DNA of 64,000 nucleotides from positions 4,480,001 to 4,544,000 of the forward strand of contig OZ251539.1 of the NCBI GenBank assembly GCA_965243135.1, written 5' to 3'. Below the pieces are notes generated by a model. That model was not told the DNA's origin. It saw nothing but the letters and a program-made list of their open reading frames with translations, and made no database searches. Positions 39,579-48,653 of the stretch are shown one piece after another (position 1 is the first letter of the stretch; every line of letters starts with the position of its first letter). The position numbers were made by a program, and so were the translations under genes. This DNA is from Alphaproteobacteria bacterium (GTDB taxonomy: Bacteria; Pseudomonadota; Alphaproteobacteria; MPNO01; UBA830).

Positions 39579-42500
39579 ATGACCATCAAAGAAGCCGTTG
39601 ACTTTATTTCCAACGCCTTGAAGGACGAACGCCCTCTGGTTTTGTTTGCCGGTCAACAATTCGATCCTGCCAGCAATACAATACTTGAAGGTTTTTTCCG
39701 TCACCTGAATTACAAGAATCTTGGTCATGGATGGAACGATATTTTTCAGGAAGATTTAACAGCGGATGACTTAGCATGGTTGTCTGAACGTTTTGACAGG
39801 AACGTACCCTCCGACGCTCTCCAAACTATATTTGATATCCCTTGGAGTGCTGTTTTTACTTCTTCGATCGATCCTAGGTTTTCCCAGCGTTTTGAAACAC
39901 GGGGACGGCAACCTGAGCAGATTCTATCTGCTGATGTTTTTCCCAGAGTACCACGTAGCAGATCACGACCGCCTGTTCATTACCTTTTTGGAAAATCAAA
40001 CGAGACGGTCGACTATGCAAGAGCTCCTAGAAAACAGAGTGAGTTAACGATTCGCGTAAATTTGCATTCCACAGCACTCTTACGGCGAATTCCCGAAGCA
40101 GCCACTGCCCGTGGGTATGTGATTATGGATGGCTATTGCCCGTTGCAGGATTGGTTGCCGTTAGATTCGTTATTGTCACCACTGTATAATCAGGTCGGAA
40201 TTAAAATATTTTGTTTTGGGATCAAGAAGCGATGGAATTCTCCCCTTGCTGACGAACTGACACGAAGAAATACTCTCGTCTTTATTGAACCGAGTTTAGA
40301 AGAAATTATTGACCACATGAAAAATATACAAATTCCGGAAATATTGGGTTCCGCTGCTCCCGATGAACCCGGTATAGTAACCATCAGTAACAATACTATA
40401 CTGGACATTACTCCAGCCTTACGATTACGAGTCGAAGCCTCTGCCGCAATTGTCGACGATGAATGGACAAAAACACCTGAGGCTCTTCTGTCTTCGGAAG
40501 ATTTACGAGACGCTTTCTATCGCTTCCACGGGGCATTAGGAAATTTTCGATTGCTCGTAGAAGGTATAATTCAAGATTTTGCAATTGAACGAGAATTTGA
40601 ACAGACCCTTTGGAAAGTCGTAAATAGCCGACTGAAGCGTCTTGGACAGGCAAATTTCGACGATATCGTAATTTTGCATGGTCAGTCTGGAACCGGAAAA
40701 ACTGTTGCACTAGCGCGCCTGACATTTAAAATTCGTACTCTATTAGGTCTACCTGTAATTGTTGCAACGAATCGGTTTCCTAATCACGCTGATGTCGAGG
40801 CATTTTGTTTTGAGTCCGAACGACTAGGGGCTACCGCCACTGTCTTAATTTGCGATAATTTGCAAGCGCCCCGACGTTATGATGATCTCGCGTCTGCATT
40901 ACGAAGTTTAGGTCGCAGACTACTTATAGTTGGGGTATGTTACAGAATGGAAAATTACGACAAGAATTTGCCCAACCATAGATTTGTCGAGGCGTCTTCT
41001 GCTGTATCGAAATCAGAGCTAAATAATTTTAAGGACCTATTGGCAAAATTTGACCATGATCCTTCTTTAACCGACGCGGAGAACTCTCCTGAACGTGGTC
41101 CCATCTTCGCTATGTTATATAGGAGGTTACCAGCTTCTCGGGAACGACTAGCCGCCGGGGTAGCATTAGAAGCGAGGGCACAAGAAGGAACCTTGCGGAC
41201 CCGCGCCCGTCAGGTACCGCGTTCAAATAAAGGCCTATCTTCCATCGCCGAGCAATTGATCAACCTCGGCATTGCCAACCCAAATTTGGCTATATTTGAT
41301 GACGATGAAAAACTAGCTGCACTCGGCTTAGACGGGGCTGGAAGGTTAATTGATCAGGTCATGGTCGCAGGCAGATTGAATTGTCCGGTCCCAGTAAATT
41401 TGATCTTCCGCTCCTTATCCGAGACAAACAGTTTAGATTTAGATCAAATTATTCATTTGTTCTCGGATATTGATCTCTTTCGATGGAGAAAAAATGAGGA
41501 AGGCTCCGACTTATCTATTTCGCCAAGAATACGATTGGAAGCCGAACTGATTTGCGCTCGACGGCTTAGCCTTGATCAAGAAATCGAGCGGCTTATTGAA
41601 CTTATTGGTAGCGTGAGGTTTGAACTGGACAGTGGAGCGGAACGCACTTTCTTGTTGGATCTTTTAGCGAAAATTGGTCGTACAGGACTTCGTGGTCAGG
41701 CGTATTCAAGCGGCTATCTTCGATTTGCCGATGCTCTACAAAGATTGCGAGAAACACATAATATTTTTGAGCCTGCGCTCGTGCTTCGAGAGTGTGTATT
41801 TAGACGCCAAGCCGTCTTTCTTTTGCAAAAGAATTCTATAGAATATGACTCTAGCGATGAACGGCTCGTGATTCTCGATCAGGCTAGGCATACAGTAGAA
41901 GAAACCTTATACAAGATCGACAATGAGAGCATACGGGTACCAAGGAGAACTAAACAGAGTCTCGTAGCGGAACGCTCAGCAATCTATGGCTATCTTGCTG
42001 TGCAGCACGCCAAATCAGAAATTGGAGAAGAGTTCTGGTCAGATTATTTGGCGGCTCGAACCGCTAGCGAAAAAGCGATGGGTTTTGGAGGAAATTATCA
42101 TCCCGTAGAAATTGCCCTTTGGACAGCCCGTGATGTACTCGAAATAAAGAGGCATCAGTTGTCGAAAGAACAACAAGCTGAGTTGTTGGCTGATCTCTAT
42201 GCGACGGTTGATATAGCGGATGATATTTTCGGCGTTCAATTAGCGTTACGACGATTTGGCAAAAATTATAGTCGAGAAACGTCGTTCGATGATAAGGACC
42301 ACGACGAAGGGATGGCTACTATAGACCAAAAAGCAAGATATTTGGAGCGTCGCAGTCGTATCGCTATTGCCATCGGAAATTCCAAGATGGAGGATGAGAC
42401 GCTAGCAGAACTCGAATCCATATCCTCTAGTGCGGTAACGTTTTTGGTCGCGAAACGTAAAGCCGAACGGATTTACTTTGCCGAACCGCCGTTCAATAAC

Positions 42501-43094
42501 CAAAATCGTCAAATTGCCAAGGATGCCGCGGATTATATTACTAACCGGGCGGACAGCGGGGTAATTTTAGATGACAGATGCCAGAGACTTTTGCTTAAAT
42601 TGAGGTGGGCTCAAGTGACTGGCGAGCGGCTGATGTTCAGACAAAGAGGTCGAACACCTAGTGAATTGGATCAAATTCTCGAGCTTCGAATGATTGTGAA
42701 TACACTCAATGAGCAAGCCGGCGTCTATGCCGGCAACCGAGAACGATATCTTGAGGCGGTGTTGTGTTGGCTCGCTAATGATACCAATAGAGCTCTTGAG
42801 ATTTGGAGGTCATTATCTCGTGATACTGAATATGAGGACAAATCTCGCGTCGTGCGATGGCTTGTTACGACTAATTCCAACGGTTCGCCAATAGAATTTC
42901 GTGGTCGTGTTGAAAAGAAAAGAGATAACGATTGGCGGCTGCGGGTGGATAACATCGACAAACCGATAGCTATGCTGGTCAGGGACTTTTCTAACGAAGA
43001 TCTTTCTCATGGAAGAGAGCTAAGAGGATTCGGTATAGCTTTTAACTACATTGGACCAATTGCAGATCCGTTGTCTCGCTCGGTTCGCACATGA
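39579..43094 (+). CDS. SIR2-like / STAND NTPase / helical repeat / OB-fold protein (Avs5-like architecture)
   Basis: LVLFAGQ, PWSAVFTSSID and VHYLFG (SIR2-like); Walker A GQSGTGKT and Walker B VLICD; C-terminal FRGRV..IAFNYIGPIA; strongly AT-rich. Confidence 0.7.
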   Translation: MTIKEAVDFISNALKDERPLVLFAGQQFDPASNTILEGFFRHLNYKNLGHGWNDIFQEDLTADDLAWLSERFDRNVPSDALQTIFDIPWSAVFTSSIDPRFSQRFETRGRQPEQILSADVFPRVPRSRSRPPVHYLFGKSNETVDYARAPRKQSELTIRVNLHSTALLRRIPEAATARGYVIMDGYCPLQDWLPLDSLLSPLYNQVGIKIFCFGIKKRWNSPLADELTRRNTLVFIEPSLEEIIDHMKNIQIPEILGSAAPDEPGIVTISNNTILDITPALRLRVEASAAIVDDEWTKTPEALLSSEDLRDAFYRFHGALGNFRLLVEGIIQDFAIEREFEQTLWKVVNSRLKRLGQANFDDIVILHGQSGTGKTVALARLTFKIRTLLGLPVIVATNRFPNHADVEAFCFESERLGATATVLICDNLQAPRRYDDLASALRSLGRRLLIVGVCYRMENYDKNLPNHRFVEASSAVSKSELNNFKDLLAKFDHDPSLTDAENSPERGPIFAMLYRRLPASRERLAAGVALEARAQEGTLRTRARQVPRSNKGLSSIAEQLINLGIANPNLAIFDDDEKLAALGLDGAGRLIDQVMVAGRLNCPVPVNLIFRSLSETNSLDLDQIIHLFSDIDLFRWRKNEEGSDLSISPRIRLEAELICARRLSLDQEIERLIELIGSVRFELDSGAERTFLLDLLAKIGRTGLRGQAYSSGYLRFADALQRLRETHNIFEPALVLRECVFRRQAVFLLQKNSIEYDSSDERLVILDQARHTVEETLYKIDNESIRVPRRTKQSLVAERSAIYGYLAVQHAKSEIGEEFWSDYLAARTASEKAMGFGGNYHPVEIALWTARDVLEIKRHQLSKEQQAELLADLYATVDIADDIFGVQLALRRFGKNYSRETSFDDKDHDEGMATIDQKARYLERRSRIAIAIGNSKMEDETLAELESISSSAVTFLVAKRKAERIYFAEPPFNNQNRQIAKDAADYITNRADSGVILDDRCQRLLLKLRWAQVTGERLMFRQRGRTPSELDQILELRMIVNTLNEQAGVYAGNRERYLEAVLCWLANDTNRALEIWRSLSRDTEYEDKSRVVRWLVTTNSNGSPIEFRGRVEKKRDNDWRLRVDNIDKPIAMLVRDFSNEDLSHGRELRGFGIAFNYIGPIADPLSRSVRT

Positions 43095-43600
43095 TGAGCC
43101 CAATTGAGCTAAATAACTTGTATATGCAGTTCCGTGCTCGTATTACGATCTACCTTCCAGATGGATGCAAAGAAGTTTCCTTAGCGCTTCCGGTTAATTT
43201 TTGTGACGAGCTCGCATTCGTTAAGCTTACGCATTGGTCGTATGCGTTATTTATGGAGGCGGCGCCTCGATCGCTCAAATTTCTCGTAAATCTTCCACCT
43301 TTACGGGCTGATACAACAATCTGGAACGAAATTAATTGTTTGCGGACATATGCCGCACATAATTTGAACTTAAAACTTCCGAAAGATCGAAAAACTATTG
43401 CTTTTGTTCATCGATGGTTCAAAGAGGCGTGTGGACACGGAACCCCAACGAACTCTGGACATTATGGCACTTGTTGTGTGCAATTAGCCGTTAAAATTGA
43501 ATCAGTTCTCGATGGTGCAATTCAAGCCTGTGATCTGCTTGACGATCCAGTGGATGGTGAACGACTTCTCGCGAACTTGAAAGATCGGCTTGGACGCTGA
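43091..43600 (+). CDS. Small helical protein with RxxxxH motif (HEPN-like)
   Basis: INCLRTYAAHNL; ATGA overlap with the STAND gene; same low GC. Confidence 0.6.
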   Translation: MMSPIELNNLYMQFRARITIYLPDGCKEVSLALPVNFCDELAFVKLTHWSYALFMEAAPRSLKFLVNLPPLRADTTIWNEINCLRTYAAHNLNLKLPKDRKTIAFVHRWFKEACGHGTPTNSGHYGTCCVQLAVKIESVLDGAIQACDLLDDPVDGERLLANLKDRLGR

Positions 43601-44159
43601 AATTCGACCCTGGCGGACGGTAATTTCTTTTAAACTTGCTTCCCCTCCCTCCGATCATGCGACAACTGCAGCATCATCGGGAGGACTGCGATTCTGGATA
43701 CAGATTCGTTTTGTCGAATAGTCCATGCAGTTGGTTTACTACACTAACTCATTTTCTAAACAAACGCTCATGATCGGGGCCTGTCCCCGTAGCATGTAAC
43801 TTTGGGCTTTGGGAGTGGTTCTCCCGGCCTCGCGCCATGCGCCGACATAACCGTTCCGCGTTCGGGCGTCGCAGCGTGAAGACAGGGCGATACGGAGCGG
43901 CCCTCAGCGTCACGCTCCCGAATTCTCGAACGGCGAGCGCCGCCGCAAAAAATCTCCGATTCGCGCAACGGTTTCGTGTGGCCGGTAGATCGGGGGTAGT
44001 TACACAACAAACCATTGACATGGAAGGCTATACTTTTTGTCGAGTGTCTTGAGCTATAGAAAGGTACTCCCATGTATCTATCCCGAAACCAATCCGTCGG
44101 CTGAAAGGGAGCAGTGAGAGGGTTAGCCGCGCCCCGGCTGAAGACGGACACCGACGGGC

Positions 44160-44745
44160 CGATATAGACAGACCGGAAGATCGCGGAGGCGGTCTTGTGT
44201 CGGACGTAAACGGTCGAGAACGTTCGCCGTAATTTTGTCGAGGGCAGTTTCGAGCGAGCGCTGGAACGGAAGAAAGAAAAGACGCGGCCGGTACCGAAGA
44301 TTCTCGACGGCGAAGCGAAAGCCAAGGTCATCGCCTTGTATCAAGGATAGCCTCCAGAGGGTATACAACAACTGGTCGTTGCAGTTGTTGGCCAATACTG
44401 GGGATCGTGGACTCCATAAGCCACGAAACAGTGAGGATGACGTTTAAAAACGGCTTCTCCTGCAAGAGGAAAGTCCGGTACTGAGTGGCCCGAAGGCGAT
44501 GTGGAGTTTGCCCCACGCCAAGTGATCGAAATCTATGAAAACCTTGCGCCCCCAAGCGTCCGGTAGTTTGCATGGACGAGCAACCCGTGCAGATCATCAA
44601 GGAAACTTGGATACCGATTTCCGCTACCGAAAATTATCCGCGACGCGTCGACTACGAACTGGCGGGTACCGCCTTCATGTTCTACAAGGCCTTGTCCTCT
44701 TGGCACCGGACGACGGCACGCAAACGCAGGACCTCGCGACCTGAC
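44160..44745 (+). mobile_element. IS630-family transposase remnant
   Basis: TDRKIAEA..TVENVRRNFVE, ILDGEAKAKVIAL, WSLQLLA, CMDEQPVQ, RVDYE, with stops and frameshifts; ends approximate. Confidence 0.75.
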
Positions 44746-44752
44746 GCCGGCT

Positions 44753-45637
44753 TCAGGCCGGCGGGCTGGCGCACGCCCGTTCGTAGGCGTAGCGCTCCTT
44801 CACGGCGCCCGCGTGCTCGAAGACATCGAGGACGGTTTCGAACGCCTGCCGCGTGATTTCCACATGCGGCGTCCAGCAGCCGAGCCGCTGGTAGGTTCCG
44901 ACGCAATCGGCCAGCACGTCCTCGCCGATGCCGGGAAAATACGGCGTCAGGGTCTTCGCGATACCGGACGCCGGCGTCTCGTTCATGTAGACGCGGGTCT
45001 TGCGGTAGGCCCGCATGAACGCCGCCGCCATGTCGGTTTCGAGCCAGTCGCGGCGGGCGGCGAGGCTCGAAAAGCCGCAGGGACCGATCGGAACGCCCTC
45101 CTGCGCGACGATATGCCCGACTCCGTCGGCCTCGAGCTGCTGCGGAAAAGGCCCCTGCTGCTGGATGTACTGTCCGGTTCCGGCCCGAAAGGCGGCGTCC
45201 ATGTCGGCCGCGTTCCCGGGATGAATCAGCCGGATCTTCGCGACGTCGACTCCCGCCTTGTGGCAAGCGTACCTGAACATGATCAGCGGTTGCCCTCCCC
45301 CGAAGGCGACCACCTCGGCGCCTTCGAGCTTGCGCCACTCGAAGCCGGGATCGGGTTCGCGGCCGGAGATGAAAAAGCCGTCCATCTCGTTTATCTGCGC
45401 GAAATGCACGGCGACGGGCGTCTCGCCCCTCGCCAGCGGACCGAACGCCTGACTCAACGCCGACTGAACCACGTGGGCGGAGCCGTCCTCGACCGCCGCG
45501 ATCGCGGAAACGCCGGGCGGCGACAAGGACCAGTCGGCTTCCAGTCCTTCGTCCTTCAGGAATCCGGCCGCGAAGGTCGCGATCAGCGGCGAATAGAAGG
45601 CGGAAAAGAGAGTGAACTGTATGTTGATCCGGGTCAC
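44753..45637 (-). CDS. ABC transporter substrate-binding protein (NMT1/SsuA-like)
   Basis: SAFYSPL..GFLKDEGL, FEWRKLEG, AFMRAY. Confidence 0.75.
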   Translation of the reverse strand: MTRINIQFTLFSAFYSPLIATFAAGFLKDEGLEADWSLSPPGVSAIAAVEDGSAHVVQSALSQAFGPLARGETPVAVHFAQINEMDGFFISGREPDPGFEWRKLEGAEVVAFGGGQPLIMFRYACHKAGVDVAKIRLIHPGNAADMDAAFRAGTGQYIQQQGPFPQQLEADGVGHIVAQEGVPIGPCGFSSLAARRDWLETDMAAAFMRAYRKTRVYMNETPASGIAKTLTPYFPGIGEDVLADCVGTYQRLGCWTPHVEITRQAFETVLDVFEHAGAVKERYAYERACASPPA

Positions 45638-45693
45638 GGCGCGGCCTCTCGTTGATTTACCGCCATGGTAGGGGCATTCTTCCCGAAACGGAA

Positions 45694-46461
45694 ATGGAGC
45701 CGCCAGCAGTGAACCAGCGGAATTACGCCCGCGAACTCGTCGAACTCGCGACGCCGTTCTGGGAGACCGAAGCGGAGCTGACCCGGCGCTTTTTCGCGTC
45801 GCGGCCGTCGAAGGAGACATGGATCCGCTACCTGAAAGCCGCCGTCTACAAGGAACTCAATCCGGTGATCGGCTACGGCCCGACCGACGGCTACGCCTGC
45901 GGCCTGCACATGGAGTTCCGGAAGCTGGCGGACAAGTTCGGGGAAGACGGCCTCGACCGGCGCGCGTTCCACGCCCGCCTCGAACAGATGACCGAGGAGT
46001 TCATGCACTACATCGTTCTCGCCGAGGTTCTGGAGGACCTGCTGGAACGCCGGCTGGAAGCCGGAGACGCCGAACAGCTTCCCGAAGACGACCGGCTCAA
46101 CCGGATGCGCCGCGCCTACGTGAATTCCGACAATCCGGCCGCGCGCGCGGCGATGGAGCTCACGGAGGGCGGCGGAACCGCGACGTTCCGCGAAGGAGCG
46201 AAGCTTTCCGGCGGCGAATTCGAACGCAAGCTCGCCGCCGCCTTCAAAGTCATCGCCGACGACGAGGACGGCCATGTCGAACATGCGGCGAAGGATTTGG
46301 AGAGCGCCATCCGGTCGCAGGAGGATTTCGAAGCGGCGAAGCGGGCGCTTCTGGAGGTCTCCATGCAGCGGCTACACATGAGAAACGAAATGTTCTCGCA
46401 TCCGATGTCGCGCGCTCAGCTCGACGCCTATCTGGAATCGCGCGGCGGCGGGCCGCTCTGA
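45694..46461 (+). CDS. Ferritin-like diiron protein
   Basis: KE..EEFMH..EG..DEDGH pattern (two ExxH motifs). Confidence 0.7.
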   Translation: MEPPAVNQRNYARELVELATPFWETEAELTRRFFASRPSKETWIRYLKAAVYKELNPVIGYGPTDGYACGLHMEFRKLADKFGEDGLDRRAFHARLEQMTEEFMHYIVLAEVLEDLLERRLEAGDAEQLPEDDRLNRMRRAYVNSDNPAARAAMELTEGGGTATFREGAKLSGGEFERKLAAAFKVIADDEDGHVEHAAKDLESAIRSQEDFEAAKRALLEVSMQRLHMRNEMFSHPMSRAQLDAYLESRGGGPL

Positions 46462-47456
46462 TGCCCGCGCCCGCCAAACCCGTCTACCGACCGCCGGACG
46501 CGCAGCTCGCCCTCTTCCCGGAGGTTTCGGGAAACGAGATCAACGGTCACGGAGAAACCCGCCCGCGGCGTCCGTCGCCGGTCTACTGGCATTACCACGG
46601 CGACCTGCCTCACAAAGCGTTGCAGGATTACTATCTGCGCCAGTTCGACGACAAACCCGAACTGCAAGACTTCCACCTCAAATACGGCGGTCGAGGCGCG
46701 AAGGCGCCGCCGACGAAACCGGAGGCGCCGACGCAGGACAGCGCGGAGAACTGGACGCGCCGGGTCAAGGCGCATGCGCTCGAGAACGAGGCCGATCTGG
46801 TCGGCGTCGCCGCCATCGACCAGGAATGGGTGTTCGATGGTTACGAGGTGCGGGAGCCTTGGGTGATCGTCGTCGGCGTCGCCATGGATCACGCGGAACT
46901 CGCCAAAGCACCCGCGATCGAGTCTCCAACCGAGGTGATGCGGCAGTACAACCGGGGAACCCGGGCGGCGCGGTCGATCGCGAATTTCATTCAGGGACAC
47001 GGCCACGCGGCGCGGCCTCACGGCGGGCCGATGGCGGGGCCGATGCTGCTGATTCCGCCCGCCGTTCTGTGCGGAATGGGCGAACTCGGGAAGCACGGCT
47101 CGCTGATCAACCGGCGTTACGGATCGTCCTTCCGGCTCGCGGGCGTCCTGACGGATCTGCCGCTGATCGCCGACGCGCCGGACATTTTCGGCGCCGACGA
47201 TTTCTGCGCCAGTTGCCGGATCTGCGCGGACGCCTGCCCGCCGGACGCGATCCATCCCGAGAAGCAGATGGTGCGCGGAACGCGGAAATGGTACGTCGAC
47301 TTCGATAAATGCATCCCTTATTTCAACGACACGCAGGGATGCGGAATCTGCATCGCGGCGTGTCCATGGTCGACGCCCGGACGCGCGCCGCGTCTGGCGG
47401 AAAAGATGACGGCGCGGCGCGCCCGCAAGGCGCTTGACGAAGCGCGAAAGGAGTGA
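46461..47456 (+). CDS. Reductive dehalogenase/QueG-like cobalamin 2x[4Fe-4S] protein
   Basis: ADLVGVA, GMGELGKHG, VLTDLPL, FCASCRICADACP, CGICIAACPW; TGATG overlap with the upstream gene. Confidence 0.8.
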   Translation: MPAPAKPVYRPPDAQLALFPEVSGNEINGHGETRPRRPSPVYWHYHGDLPHKALQDYYLRQFDDKPELQDFHLKYGGRGAKAPPTKPEAPTQDSAENWTRRVKAHALENEADLVGVAAIDQEWVFDGYEVREPWVIVVGVAMDHAELAKAPAIESPTEVMRQYNRGTRAARSIANFIQGHGHAARPHGGPMAGPMLLIPPAVLCGMGELGKHGSLINRRYGSSFRLAGVLTDLPLIADAPDIFGADDFCASCRICADACPPDAIHPEKQMVRGTRKWYVDFDKCIPYFNDTQGCGICIAACPWSTPGRAPRLAEKMTARRARKALDEARKE

Positions 47457-47466
47457 GGGACTCGCC

Positions 47467-48414
47467 ATGGAGAGCATCATCTATCTGAACGGCGCGTTCC
47501 TGCCGGAAGCGCAAGCGGTCGTCCCGGTAACGTCGCGCGGATTCTTCGGCGGCGACGGAGTCTACGAGGTCACCCGCACGTTCCGCCGCAAGCTGTTCCG
47601 GGCCGACGAGCACATCGGGCGCCTTTACCGTTCCCTCGCCTATGCGCGGATCGATCCCGGGCTGTCGCCGGAAGAAATGAAGGCGGCAACGGAAGAGACT
47701 CTCGCCCGCAATCTGGCGCGGGACAAGGAGGATTTCGCGGTATGGCACGTCGTCGCTCGCGGCGACCGGGCGGACGATGTCGGGACGCAACCGCCGATCG
47801 TCGCCGTGTTCTGCGCCGACATGGATTTCGATCGCTACGCGGAGGCTTATCTCGAAGGCGTCCGGCTGGTGACGCCGGGCGTGCGCCGGACGCCGCCGCA
47901 GAGCATCGATCCCCGCGGCAAGGTCACGAGCCGCATGAACCAGATCCAGGCCGTGCTCGAAGTCGGGCGCGTCGATCCGGGAGCGACGCCGTTGCTGCTG
48001 GATATCGACGGCAACGTCGCCGAGACGAATACCGGAAATTTCTTCTTTTTTTCCGAAGGGCAGCTGTGCACGTCGAGAGGGCGCAACGTCCTGGCCGGAG
48101 TGACCCGAAGCGTGGTCTTCGAACTCGCCGCGAAGCTCGGCATGGAGGTCGTCGAGGGCGACTTCACCGCCTACGACGTCTACACGGCGGAAGAGGCCTT
48201 CGTCTCCGGCACCTCGCCCACCATCGTGCCGGTGCGCAGCCTCAACGGCGCCGCGATCGGCGGCGATTTGCCGGGGCCGAATACGTTGCGCCTCATTCGC
48301 GCCTTCTCCGATCTCGCTGGCGTCGACTATGTCGAACAGGCAATCCAAAGTCTGGGAGACAACCGGGCACCGGACTTGACGGAGAGATGGCGGGCGCGGA
48401 AAAGCGCCGCGTGA
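47467..48414 (+). CDS. Aminotransferase class IV
   Basis: GDGVYEV, HIGRLYRS, ETNTGNFF, LAGVTR, EAFVSGT. Confidence 0.9.
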   Translation: MESIIYLNGAFLPEAQAVVPVTSRGFFGGDGVYEVTRTFRRKLFRADEHIGRLYRSLAYARIDPGLSPEEMKAATEETLARNLARDKEDFAVWHVVARGDRADDVGTQPPIVAVFCADMDFDRYAEAYLEGVRLVTPGVRRTPPQSIDPRGKVTSRMNQIQAVLEVGRVDPGATPLLLDIDGNVAETNTGNFFFFSEGQLCTSRGRNVLAGVTRSVVFELAAKLGMEVVEGDFTAYDVYTAEEAFVSGTSPTIVPVRSLNGAAIGGDLPGPNTLRLIRAFSDLAGVDYVEQAIQSLGDNRAPDLTERWRARKSAA

Positions 48415-48653
48415 ATGATCCGCCATACAGGCAGACAATGCCCCTGCAGCTGGGCGCCTTCACCATTCTTGCCTGCGGTTCTTGGATCTCTCATGGAGCA
48501 TGGCGACCATCGCGATCCGGCGAGGCTTGCCGCAACGACGCAGCAAGCTGCTCGCTCGACAGACCATCGTTGATTATCCCGTATATCTCCGCTATGCTAT
48601 AAAGGTTATGTGCGTACGTTTGGACCTATTTGTCGATCAAAGGAATCGCGATC

